This document shows, one piece after another, positions 35,401 to 47,660 of a DNA stretch of 64,000 nucleotides. Source of the DNA: Schizochytrium sp. TIO01 (Eukaryota > Protista > Bigyra: Labyrinthulomycetes); the NCBI GenBank assembly GCA_004764695.1, contig SMSO01000014.1, positions 4,536,845 to 4,600,844 of the forward strand, written 5' to 3'. The translations under genes and the position numbers were made by a program. The notes below the pieces were generated by a model. It did not search any database. It was not told the origin of the DNA and worked only from the letters and a program-made list of their open reading frames with translations. How positions within the stretch are numbered: the first letter of the stretch is position 1; each line of letters starts with the position of its first letter.

Positions 35401-38400
35401 CCGGGCAATGCCACTGAGAGCTCCGACCAATAAGGAATACGTTTGATCTACACGGAAGATGGGCGCTGTCGTGTTGTTATATATTCGTTCCGCTGTAACC
35501 ACCTGTCATCGGTCATGCCCCACGACCTCAGTTCTCAGACCTTCTGCCTTGGTGGTGTGGTGTACGGCCTTGCTTTAAAATGTTTAGAAGTACAGTCTAA
35601 AATTAAGGAAACTCTGCTAGAACATGTTCACATCCATAGGTATGCAATCCTTATTTTCTGTGCTCTTCGAATGTCATAATTAGTAAATCTTGGCACCTTG
35701 AATTAACCCGAATTTGAGAACAGATGCCCTAGGGACCTCTAGCAAGGCATTGTAGATTTTGCAACAACGTTTGCGAGGAACTTGTTTTAGAATTACCTTT
35801 CACAATTCTGCTTTAAAACTCATTTTTATGATGTCTCCATCTAGCATCATAGACCTTAATCTATTAGCAGGAGGAGTGAAACATGAATATTCGTGCCCAC
35901 CCACCTCTAGTAGTGATGCTCGGAACTCGTCTTGTGCTGCACACTGGGTCGGGGTTATTCCACTAACGATGATTTATATTGCTCTCAGCGCCGTATCTAG
36001 CTACCTCATTCATTCAGGTGCCTCACAAAGTCAATCAATGTATGGGACTCGTCACTAGCACCCTAAACTCTAACAGCCCCTAACCAAGACACACCACGAC
36101 CTGAGCAAGCCAAGCGCAAAACAAAAGGGATTCAGTGGAGGTTCGACCTCCTTTTCTGGTAGCACTTTCCTTCTTCTGTGGGCCATTGTTTGGGTTTCTC
36201 GTGCCTCTCAAGATGATGTTCTACATATTCCAAGCCGTCGATCAAAATGACGCATGCTTGCTTGCATATAGACTATCCATCAGCCTTTGCCGATCTCAAG
36301 CAGAGCGATGTTTTGCCCAGCACTAGGAAGTAGAAGGTAGGCAGCACCATGGCTTGGCATCTTGAGGGCAGCTTCAATCTATTCGACACGTGAGTGAGAA
36401 GATGGATTGTCTTCATTCTCGGTGGTGGGTACCTCCAGAAGTACGCAAGTAATTCGTGAAAGAGTAGTGGATCAATCAGATCAGACGGAGGGTGTCATCC
36501 CGCCGAGTAAGCAGCCAGTAGTCGCTGGGTCGCGGCCGCTTGTTGCTTGCTCGCAAACCTGCATAGCTGCCATAAATTGCACAAGGAAGCCGCACGGCAC
36601 GCGAGAGCCTCAGGCTCCCGGCCACCATCAACTTCCTTCCTGGGCTTGACAAACAGAGACCAGGCCACACGAGCGAGGGCCTGCAGCCGAATTGGTGGAT
36701 GATGGTTTGCGTCAACGCAACCTCGGACTGGTTTGCTTTGATGGGTGAATCGCTGATTGATTGGTTGATTGTTCGTTTGATTGATTAATTGACTGAGATT
36801 GATTCATTGATTAGTTGATTATTCACCATAGGAAGGAAATCTGTCTTACGTCTCTGCAGCGGTTTCTTCTTCGTATTACTCGTGTGGAACGCGGTTGTGC
36901 TTGAGCAGGGCGATGGGCTTGCGTGTTTTGTGCGTGGTGGTTCATCAGGCTGGGTATAGCGAGCTCGATGAGATCTGAGGCATCTGCGAGGAATTGATCA
37001 CCTCTGCTGGGCCTCCCTCCTCGTAGTACAAGGTTGAGTTCGTCATCCAGCGTGGATGGAATGGAGACGCTGGGGAGCGTGTGACTCCTGCTCTAGAGGG
37101 CTGACTATCCAGGAGGGCCCTCCCCATTCGGTTCATCTTGAAGAACTTGGAATCGAAGCTGCTTCGTTGTGCGTGCCGTGCTCGCCATTCAGTCTTTAGT
37201 GCCGCTTACAGGCCAGCTGGAGCTAGCTGCACTTCCTCCTGCAGCTGTTCGGTCACAAGTTTCGGGCGAGCAGCTCGCCACGAGTTGCCAGGCGAGCCTC
37301 GCGGCAGCCAAGATCTTGTACATCACATGGTGCAAGAATCGCAGCATGCATGGCAACGGATTGATTGCAGATTGACGCCACATTCGCAGGAGCTAAGTTC
37401 TGCTCTGCTCTGCTCCTGCCAAGCAGACACGTCAGCACATCAAGCACCTCGCCTCGAGAAGGCTCCAGGGTGGCGAGGCGGTGCTGCTCCTGTCTTGCCG
37501 GCTTGGAAACCAGCTTGTGCAGACAAACAAACGCACTGCTGCTTGCTGCCTGCCATTCCAGCTGGCAGCCACGCTTGTGTCGCGTTCACAAATGAAGGAG
37601 GCGGCCGCATCCTAGAGCCCCCGTACTGAGTCCAGCGCTGGTAATTGCATGCTTTGGTAGCGCTCGTGCAGCTTGTGCAGCTTGTGCAGCTTGTGCAGCT
37701 TGTGCTCGAGGTGGCCAGAATTGCATAATAACCGCCGCAGACTTGCGCTCTTTCCTCTGGATGGCCACCGAGCACATACAAGGCAGCTGAGCGAGCTAGC
37801 TCTAGAGCATCGTGGACCCATGATCGGTTGAGGCTCCAAGCGCTGGAAGGCGCGAGCCATCATGAGAGTCTCACGCTCAGAGTAATATCCAGCCGGCAGG
37901 CACTGCCGTTTGGGATGGCCTAAGATAACGCAAATTGAATGGACGCAAATCGCCTCAAGAGCAAAACAAAGCTTACAAAACAAAATCCAGCTCTCACTCG
38001 GCCCTGCGATTGAGGCCACCGCCAGGAGCAGCGACCGTGTTGGACAGATTTATGCCACCGATATTCGCATTCTTCGCGAGCTAGATTTCGCTCGAATTCA
38101 TGCCATAAGGGTGATCGAGGTTAGTTCATCAATCAAGGTGGTCTAGCCGTGCTTGTCCAAGTTGGCCATGCCTGAGACCTGAGATTGTGAGTGTGTGAAG
38201 AAAAGGGTGTACACTGCTCTCTCCACGTTGGATTCATCGACTCCGCTGCCGAGAGAGTGCCTCCATTCGTCTCGCTTCGCCTCGCACCATCATATCATCA
38301 TTCACCCGCTCACTCACTCATTTACTCGCGCCATTTAGACCATCAATTCAATCAATCAATCAATCAATCATTCAATCAATTGCTCGGACTCACTACATCT

Positions 38401-41400
38401 AACGCTACCTACGGGTTACTGATACCACCACAAATAACAAATTACATCCCACTCCTCAGGGGTGTGCACCCTCACTATCTATGGCGCATAGCACTACTTA
38501 CTTACTCTGTGGTCTCCATTTCTAGCTAGCTAGATGATGGTAGTTCGAAAATATTTTAAAATCATGTTGATGATGTTTCAGCTTTTGATTAAGAATGTAA
38601 ATAAAATGGAATAAAAAGAATACCATGCGCCATCCCGATCGATCACAGGAGAGTATCGACTTCGAGCAGACTAGCTTTTCCATTCCTTCCCGTTTTCTCA
38701 GTAGGTATGGTAATGGCATTCTTCAATCAAAACATCATGAAAGCTGCACCTTCACTCGCTTTGGACATGAACAGGTATCAGTCCCAATGGTCGAATCGTC
38801 GATCAAACAAGCAAACAAGCAAGCAAGCAAGCAAACAAATAAATAGATGATAAATCAATGAATGAACGAAAAGCAGTACGTATGTATGTATGTACCTACC
38901 CACAGTAGTTAGTATCAGAAATAGGGGCGGCGAACAGAAGGCGTTGGGCTTTCTTTTCATTTCCCTGCTCCCAAACTTGCCTGTGGAAAACTTGGGTCAC
39001 CGTGGCATCAGAAGCAGGCTGAGGCAGCCCGAGAGCGGTGGCACCTAGCTATCTGCACTCATTCATCAGTGATTGGTATCGTCGATTGAGGAGATACATC
39101 AGGAATGGAGTGTGCGCTGCTTCGGACGGGCCCGTGCCTGAAAATAATAGAAAGAAAGAAAAAAAGAAAAAAAGAAAGAGGGGTCCTATAGTTTATAATA
39201 ACACCCCTTATCTAAGATAGACATTGAGTTTATTTATTTTAATTAGAAAGTATATAAAAATCATATGTGGGTACATAAAGGCTTTCGAGCTTTAAACATT
39301 AACAATAGAATATATTGAAATAAAAGCATCGCTTATTCTTATAAAGTTGAATAAAAAATGTAAAATAAAATAAAATAAAATAAATGGAAAAATCGGAACC
39401 GAGTTTGGCATTGTAGTAATAAGCACGGTTAAAAAACGAAAAAAGCATTAAGTTTTCTTCGATGCTTGACTTAATTAAAAAATAAAATAATTTCGACGAT
39501 AGATATAAAAGTTTTATACTCGAGTAAAAGGAAAGAAACAATTCCAAGGAGAGAACTGCTAGAGAAAGAGGTAGAGGAGAGGGTAGGCAGCGTCTACTAA
39601 CTAGTATGGTGATTGATTGGTAGTTGGGCGCCAGAACGATCACAATCAATCGCTGATTCTACGATCAACGACGATGATCGTGGACCCATCCCCACCCATT
39701 CATATCAAACGCAGGTGTGCAAAGAGGGGGCGTAGGCCGCATGCAGAGCCAGTCGAGGTGCTAACGGAGAGGTAATGGCGATAGCCCACGATTGGACTCC
39801 ACATCCTATGGTGTGATTGTGTGTGTTCAATGCGCTCGCAAGAAAGTTGACAACTTGTAAGTGTACCTCTGTCATTGACCAATTGTTTTTTGCAGCGGGC
39901 AAAGCAATTCAAAGAATGCAGCAGCACAGAAGGCACCATGGCCAGACCGGCGCTCATTTCATGGATAGTTGTCTATCGACGTTACGATTTCTAGACACTA
40001 CTGCTGAGGTCGGGTTGGAATCCAACTTGCAAGCAAGAGATGAGTAATTTTCGTATTAGACCTTTTTGATTGAACTCCATAGCCACTAAACGAGATAAAA
40101 GTGGAAAAGCAGCCACAGCGATAAAAAGTGAAGCGCTTTTGACAACAATGCAAAGAGTGCACGAGCAAACACGTCGAAATGCCAGCAATGATGGGCGAGT
40201 TTTCAAGAAGCGTTACCGTTGGCACATGCGCCCGGCGCCTCGTTCGAAAAGGCTAGCCAAAGGCTTACAAAGTAGATTTACCCCAAGAGTCATCAACTGG
40301 CGCCAGGTGCGTCAAAATATGTGGTGCTAGGTATTCCAAAGAATCTCGCAATTACAATTAGCTCCCAAGGGACCAGCTAAATGCTACAACTTGTATCAGT
40401 TAAGCACACGATCAAATATCACCCTTGTCAAACTAGTATCTTCCGTACAAAGCCTTTTCCTCGCATGAGTAAGAGATACCCTGGCCCCTAGCGGATACTA
40501 CCTGAAACCCTAGCGCACTGCCGGATCGCTAACTATTTTGCATTAATGCATCGTGGATGGGAGGAGAGCCGCTCCCGCGAGGCTTTCTCTCGTGTCGTTC
40601 TAAACCTTTTGCAGTGACAAGGCTGCGGAACAGTCCGGTACCGGTGCAGATCAGAGGCAAGGCCCGCACGAACCGCCGCCCTCGTCCCCGCGAGCACCTC
40701 TGGCGTCCTCGCGTGGGTCCCTGTGCCTACTTGAGTCCGGGTCCGTCTTCACAACTAAAGCGCGTGCATTCCTCACTTTGGAGAGGCATTTCGATTGGTA
40801 TCCTATTTCTCTAAAAAGAAACTTTTATTGTTTAACTTAAATAGCAAATAGCAATAGGAATGTAATAATAGTAGTGATAGCAATAGTATTAATTTGGCGC
40901 CTACGTATGTGTTTTTATTGAGTAAAATAGTTGCATAGAGGTATGCGAAGAAATAGTGGCGATCGTTAACTACAGAGGACGCTCTCCCATTGCTAGGAAT
41001 GCAGTAAAGAATCGCTTTGGTTTCATTGTTTGCATTGATTCATTGATTCATTGGGAGCTACCTATACAAAGATGGGTATTTTTTCCAGTCTGTCGTGGCC
41101 TTTTCTCTTTTATTTTTTTCCACCTCCTCCGTCTTTTCAGACTGAGGGACCTCCTCATTCTTTCAGGACTTGGTCTGTTCTGCTGAAAGCAGGCCTCGCT
41201 CTGAGCTTTCCAAAGTCGAGAGCTCGTTTCTTGAGAGAGCGGAGGAGAAGAGACAAGGCCATACCTAGCTCCTCCATTGGTTGGACATTTGCCCGACTGA
41301 CTGAACAGTCGATCAATCAATCATTCATTGCCACGCATCATACAACTAGCCCACATTGCCTTCGGGCACCAAAGGCGGAAGAAGTTTCTACAAGTTCCGC

Positions 41401-41727
41401 CGCCCTCCATATCAACAAAATGGCTCCTCCCCCGTGTTGTAGTTACCTTATTTCCGCAAAGTCTCTCCAAGTCTCACCCTGGTAGTCCTATTGGCGCCGT
41501 AGAAGTCACTATGCGCCGCTACGAGGAGATAGCTTATTTTAATTATAAAATAAAATATAATAAAACAAAATATACTACAACAAAATAAATTAAAGTAGAA
41601 AGCTTACTTTTAACTAAATCGGTTAATATTCGAAAACTAAAACCAATCTTTGAAGGATTACGGAGCTCTAGAGAGAAGATGGGTTTGGCTATGAAAATAG
41701 ACAGCAATTCGTAACTTAGTGATTGAT

Positions 41728-42338
41728 GTGTATGTATGTTGTATGTATGTACGTATGTACGTATGTATGTATGTATGCATACATAATAAGGCAGTTGAAA
41801 GAAAGTTAAAAACAAAAAGAAAGTTAAAAAGAAAGTTGACTGTGTGAGAGTGTGTGAGAGGCGGAGTGCGCGAGCAGGTAGAAAAGCTTCCCTATGGAGG
41901 CAGAATACTTCACTTGCGCGGGGAATACTCTACAGTGTGCGGAGGGGGCTACAGTAGGATATACGGTTTGACCCACTGTAGCGCGAGGCCGTGCGCGCGC
42001 CAGGCGCCACAGGCCAGACAGACCCTGAACGCGAGCGGTGTCTGTCTCTCTCTCTCCCCGTGCCTCCCTCGTCTGTCTGCCTGCCTGTCTGCCTGTCTGT
42101 CGCCTCGCCCGGCCATGCACCTCGGCTCGAGGTCGGGGACAGATCGATTGGCTGACTCTGCTGCCTGTGCCGTGTTCGTTTGTTAGTTCTCGTCGCCGAT
42201 TGGGTATCTTTCTTTCTTTCTTTCTTTCATTCATTCATTCATTCTTTGTTTTCTTTCGTTGGTGGTTTTGGATTTCATTCATGCCGGCGTTCCTTTCGTT
42301 CTTTTGTGCTGCAGTAAGTAAAGAGAAAAAGAACGATC

Positions 42339-42377
<39 letters not shown>

Positions 42378-42726
42378 CATTCATTCATTCATTCATTCAT
42401 TCATTGATGAGCAAAGTCGTTGGATTGAATGAATGAATGAATGAATGAATGAGTGAATGAATGAATGAATGAATTGAAATCAAATGAATGAATGAATGAA
42501 TGAATGAATGCCTCGCGAGGCCAGCGAGCGAAAGCAGGCGCCAGACGTCCACTCGCACGCTCTGTGGCAGGCGGGCAGGAAGGAAGGCAGGCAGGCAGAC
42601 AGGAGGGGCGCCGTGGGAGCGCGGGAGAGGCCGAGGCGACGGCCACGCGCCCACCAGGCGGACGGAAAGGCCGCTGCCAATTGAATGCGATGCTTTCTGT
42701 GAGAGTGAGAGGTACTTACCTATCTA

Positions 42727-42783
<57 letters not shown>

Positions 42784-43052
42784 CTATCTGTTTAGACTGC
42801 TTTCAAGATAGGCGATTTAAATGTATGTATGTATGTGCTTATTTATAATTAATTAAGTAAGTAAGTAAGTAATTATTTATTTATTCATTCATTTATTTAT
42901 TCACTTTAATTAATTTGAGGTCATAGTTTTTATTTACTTACTTATTTGTCTATTCGCGTAGTTGTATGAGTTCGGGTAGAAGGTGCCTAGCTAGACATAG
43001 TATATAAATCAACATAGTGGGAGTGAATGAATGAATGAGTGAGTGAATGAAT
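41728..43052. repeat. Dense cluster of tetranucleotide microsatellites (TATG, TTGA, TTCA, TGAA, TATC, TAAG) interleaved with GC-rich islands
   Basis: Directly visible, e.g. (ATTG)n/(ATTC)n 42339-42405, (TGAA)n 42426-42510, (TATC)n 42727-42790. Confidence 0.9.
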
Positions 43053-44000
43053 GAACAAATGGATACTACTACGTCTAATATGCCGTGTAAGCATTTTGTT
43101 ATTTTTGTTATTTTTTTAAAAAAAATTATTTTTTCCAAGTGCTCTATTCATAGAGCTAAGAGGAAGGAGGAAGAAGGAAGAAGCGAAGAAAAGGATAGTT
43201 TTAAAACTAAAACTAATAAACTAGAAAAGAAAAGAAAAGAAAAGAATGAAATGGAATAAAAGCTGAAGAAGAGACATTTAAAGAAATAAGAATGAATGAA
43301 GAGACACTGTGAAAGAAATAGAGGAATAAGAAGAGAGAAAAGAAGAAGGGAAAAAGAGAGAAGAGCAGTTCTCTCTCGCGCTCACGCTGCCGCTCGTGCT
43401 CGTGGCGCGCTCGGTTTACGTCGGGTCGCGGGCCAGAAGAAGCTGGCGGGCGGAGGCTCGTGTCCAGCGAGGCACCTTCTCCCGCACCTCACCGCCAGCG
43501 GCAGTCGCTGAGCGGTCGTTCGACTGCGCTGGAGCCTCCTGCTGCTTCCTGCCTGTGTTGATCTTCTTCTTCTTCTTCTTCTTCTTCTTCGTCTTCTCGT
43601 CGTCTTTTTCTTCTTGTGGTTTGCTCGCGGCTCGCGTAGGGCTTGCTCAGCCTGAGACTGCGTGGGGCCAGCCCAGGGAGAGCAGGTGGGGGACTACAAA
43701 GCTTCGACGCCTCCGCGTTGACGCCCTGTGCTGTAGATTAGGCAGAAGTACAGCGACACAATATACATTGGTATAGCATACATAGACCTGTATATCTATC
43801 TGCTTAGCGTATCACGATACATACATATAGAGTATATATACTTTCGCCCACTGCGCATCAGGAGACGGTTAATCAGCGCACATAATTTGCGCGGATTATC
43901 GATTGTTCTTGGGCATTACAGCAGGACCAGGAGCATCAACAAATAGTATCGAAGGAAAATCTTTGGAGCAGGAGGAGCTGGTTACTGTGGAGACGGCAAA

Positions 44001-46610
44001 ATGACAGACAAGGCCAGCAAAGATCGTGAGACTCAGGATATGATGTCCTCGCTCTCACATTCGCTTCGAAGATCATGGCCAAGTGACAAGAATGTTCTGC
44101 AATCTGCTGCTGCAGAAGCAGATGGACGCAGTATGGACGCTCAACAACAAGAAATGAGGTCCATGAGTGGTCTGCTTCGCAAGGCATCCATGCTTTGCAA
44201 ACCTGGCGGTGGCGTGGATCCTTCGCACAAAGCGCTCATGAAATCTCTTGTGCTCAATAATGATGAAGCCATCGTAGCGGCACTGGACTCATCCGAAGCA
44301 GGAGATGTCGGCGATCTTAACAAGTACCTTCGACTCCTGTCTATCGATCACAACACACTCACTTCGGAACAACGGGAAACTCTCGCTCGGGAGCGTGGTG
44401 CCATGGTAGACCAATGGCAAAGAAATATCAAGACTCTGGCACGAAGAATTGTAAAGAAGGAGGAGCCAAAGATGAATGCCCAAAGCGAGTTCGAGCGCCG
44501 CCGTATGGAGCAAGGGATGGGCTCAAAGCGAAGCCGTCCCGGGAGTATGCGTGCCCTGACTAACTTTAGAGACCCTCTTCGACTCCGCACAGTCACAGAG
44601 AAAAGTGATGAAGACAGCGATGATGACGAACCAGTCACCACTCTTGATGTTGGTCCAGCTCGTCTTGCCTCGAAGAAAATAGGATCCGGAAGCCAGACGC
44701 AACAGCAGCAAGGCTTGAGTCCATTCCAGCTCAATGCGCCTAAGCAAACATCTTCATCAATGCCACCGCCGCCAGTGCCTCTTCATAAGAATTTGCATTC
44801 CAGCGGTAGCAGCACAGGCAGTAGTGGAAACGATAGCAACGGCACTCCGCAGATTTCAAACGATAGCATGATTCTGGCCAAACTTCTTCAATTGCAAAAG
44901 TCTGTGCCGCAACAACAGCAGCAACAACAGCAACAACAGCAACAGAGGATGAACGGGTCAGGGCTAGCTGCTCTAGGAAATCTTGCTGCTGCAGCATCCT
45001 CCACGCCACCTCCATCAGGAACCACCAGTCCCACTGGCTCCAGTAGTGGCGCAAGTGCTGGAGGCGGCAGCAGTGGCAACAATAATATGTTCAACGTAAT
45101 TCTCCTTCTGCAACAACAACAGGAAGCTCTCCAGGAGAAGCAGCAGAAAGAATTTGCACAACTTCTTCGCACGTTGCAGGAGAGCAACGCAGAGCCTCAA
45201 GTGATGATGCAGCTTATTGAGCTCACCAAACGAAGCCATGAACAGGAAATGCGCGAGATGAAGGAACGAATTATGTCACTTCTCCAAAGTAGCGGTATGA
45301 ATGGGCCGTCTATTGCTACCCAACAACAACAGCACCATCAGGCTATGCGATCCCAACAGCAACAACACAACTCACCAATTCCATCACCTGATGCTAGCAA
45401 GCTTAGCTCGTCATTCTTTAACAATGCCGCATCCAACGTAAACAGCTCTGGGAACAACATCTTTGGCGGAAACAATGCCTCTGCAGCGCATGCTTTGGCA
45501 GGAAACAGTGGACTCTCTCTTTCAGATCTCAGCGCATTGCTCGCAAGTGGAAATGGAAATTCCGGGAACGGCCATGGCGGCGGAATGAACAGCTCCGGCT
45601 TTGGCAGCTCGGCGCAGTCCCCATCTGGAACTTCATCCCCTGCTACTCTTTCGTCGTTGCTTTCGAGGTATGCTGCAGGCGGTCAGTCACAAACCTCGGC
45701 TTCTATTGGCGGCGGCTTAGGTGGAAGTATGGCTTCAGGTAGCGCAGGATCCAGCGGCCTCAACTCGCTGAGTGGAGGCGATTTGCCATCTGGAAGCGTC
45801 TTCAGCCGCTTCGGCCTCGGAGGTAGTTCAGTGCCTGGGGTAGGCAATGGATCAGCCAATAACAGCGACCAGCAGCGTATGATTCTTCAGCGCCTCCTGG
45901 CCGAGCAGCAACAACAGCATCATCATCAACAGCAGCAACAACAACAGACAGCGCATTTTTCTCATAATGATATGGGCCATGCAGATCGTTCAGGCATGAT
46001 GCCTCCTTCGTCTGCGTTTGGAGGATCTATTGGTTCGAGAGGTTTCAACCCTGGCAACCAGGCTGGTGCTTCAACAACGGGATCTCCTGTTGCCGATCTT
46101 GTTCTTTCTCGCCAACGCGAGAGGGAGGTTCGCAAGCAGCTCAAGCTTGAGGTTAGACGTGAGAAAAAAAGTAGTCGTGAAAGGCAACGTCGCCTCGTTC
46201 TTAACACGAAGTATGATGAACTGTGCACTCTGCTGTTTGATCCTGTGGAGCGGGAGTCAAAGGATCGTGCATCCGTCTTACAGACGGCTATTAACTTCCT
46301 GCACGATACTGAGGGTATCCCGGTTCCAGACCGTGTCCCAGGAGAAGATGAAATGGAAGATGATGACGAAGAAGAAGTGGCTCTTCCTGCTGGCCCCAAC
46401 CTCACAGCAGATGAGAAGCTCCTTCGACGGCGCCTGAAGAAAAGCCGCCGCGAAAAACAAAGACGCCATAACGTAAACATTCTCTCTGAGCGCCTTGGTA
46501 CTATGCTCAACGTTCCTGAGGTTAAGGAGAAATCTATGGTCTTGCAGACTGCAATCGAACGAATTGCCGAAAAGAAGGGTATCAACCTCTCCTCGCAGTC
46601 GCCTGCGTAA
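44001..46610 (+). CDS. Gln/Ser/Gly-rich transcription factor with two C-terminal bHLH domains
   Basis: 869-aa intronless ORF with polyQ tracts. bHLH-1 RREKKSSRERQRRLVLNTKYDELCTLL...KDRASVLQTAINFL (about 46150-46300); bHLH-2 RLKKSRREKQRRHNVNILSERLGTML...KEKSMVLQTAIERI (about 46425-46570). Confidence 0.85.
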   Translation: MTDKASKDRETQDMMSSLSHSLRRSWPSDKNVLQSAAAEADGRSMDAQQQEMRSMSGLLRKASMLCKPGGGVDPSHKALMKSLVLNNDEAIVAALDSSEAGDVGDLNKYLRLLSIDHNTLTSEQRETLARERGAMVDQWQRNIKTLARRIVKKEEPKMNAQSEFERRRMEQGMGSKRSRPGSMRALTNFRDPLRLRTVTEKSDEDSDDDEPVTTLDVGPARLASKKIGSGSQTQQQQGLSPFQLNAPKQTSSSMPPPPVPLHKNLHSSGSSTGSSGNDSNGTPQISNDSMILAKLLQLQKSVPQQQQQQQQQQQQRMNGSGLAALGNLAAAASSTPPPSGTTSPTGSSSGASAGGGSSGNNNMFNVILLLQQQQEALQEKQQKEFAQLLRTLQESNAEPQVMMQLIELTKRSHEQEMREMKERIMSLLQSSGMNGPSIATQQQQHHQAMRSQQQQHNSPIPSPDASKLSSSFFNNAASNVNSSGNNIFGGNNASAAHALAGNSGLSLSDLSALLASGNGNSGNGHGGGMNSSGFGSSAQSPSGTSSPATLSSLLSRYAAGGQSQTSASIGGGLGGSMASGSAGSSGLNSLSGGDLPSGSVFSRFGLGGSSVPGVGNGSANNSDQQRMILQRLLAEQQQQHHHQQQQQQQTAHFSHNDMGHADRSGMMPPSSAFGGSIGSRGFNPGNQAGASTTGSPVADLVLSRQREREVRKQLKLEVRREKKSSRERQRRLVLNTKYDELCTLLFDPVERESKDRASVLQTAINFLHDTEGIPVPDRVPGEDEMEDDDEEEVALPAGPNLTADEKLLRRRLKKSRREKQRRHNVNILSERLGTMLNVPEVKEKSMVLQTAIERIAEKKGINLSSQSPA

Positions 46611-47660
46611 TATCTTTAAGAAAAGCCTAATATTGCAAGCGCATAGCAGGTCTATGTTACACACTGTTGTAACTGGAGCATAACATATAGCGAATCAACC
46701 AAAAATACCAGACCTTTGTTGTTGAGACCTCGTTACTTACCCCCTTTTTTTTATATATAAATTCTCTCATCGTGCATTCTGTGTTCCCCCCCCCCTTTTT
46801 TTTTTGTTTTTTTTTTGCTTCATCCCTTTTTCAAAAGCTCATATTAAACAAAATCAAAAATCAGTTTGTGGAAACGACGTTTTTTTGCACCATCTTCGAG
46901 TAAATATCCATACATCCTGCACTTCCCTTCTTCTAAATATTACTCATGGGCTGAGCTGTTGTTGGAGTGCCGTATCATTTACATCACTCATTATTTGCTT
47001 CTTCTTTTCTTCATAATTTAAATTATGAAGAAAACCCTGCGCAAACGACGTCTCTATAGAGGCTTCAGCACCTCTTCAATAAGCAAACAATAGAGCAAAA
47101 ACCTGACGATCAACTCCACTATTCAAAATGGATAACAACACAAGGCAAACGGCTTCTGCATCGTGTTTGCAGTTATTGAACCAAGAATACAAAACAAAAC
47201 AAGAAAGCATCACGGACCAACCTGGAAAGAGATGCTTCGTGACACTTGAACTTATCTGGTTGACTATATTGCTGGTAGACACCGCCTTCTAACTCTTCTG
47301 TAATGACATCTTTTTCATGATTGCTACATTAGCTTTTTTTAACTCAAAGGTAGAATAGTATCTAGGTCTAAAAAATTATGGCTACTACAAATCTCAGTTG
47401 AGGGAAAAAAAAAAAAAAAAAAAAAAAGAGGAAAGGCATACAGTGAGGACTCTTGTAGATAGCGTCTAAAGCGATTGGTTAGATTGGTTAGCATTGTTCC
47501 GAAACATCATTTTAGCATGATCAAAGCCACTAGCAGCCTGCCTAAATCCAAATCGATGATAGTTTACGAATGCACTAAAATACATTGCCCATGCACGCGA
47601 TGTAAAGAAAGGAATAAAGAAAAGAGGCAATGTGTCAAAATAAATTAAGGAATTGAATCT

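Noticed and set aside
36135-36152. GGAGGTTCGACCTCC resembling a tRNA T-arm
   Set aside because: Only a small hairpin; no acceptor stem, D-arm or anticodon arm around it.
36961-37629. Apparent stop-interrupted extension of the 163-aa ORF, suggesting a pseudogene or stop-codon readthrough
   Set aside because: Three stops in 59 codons is about the random expectation and the translation matches no family I recognise.
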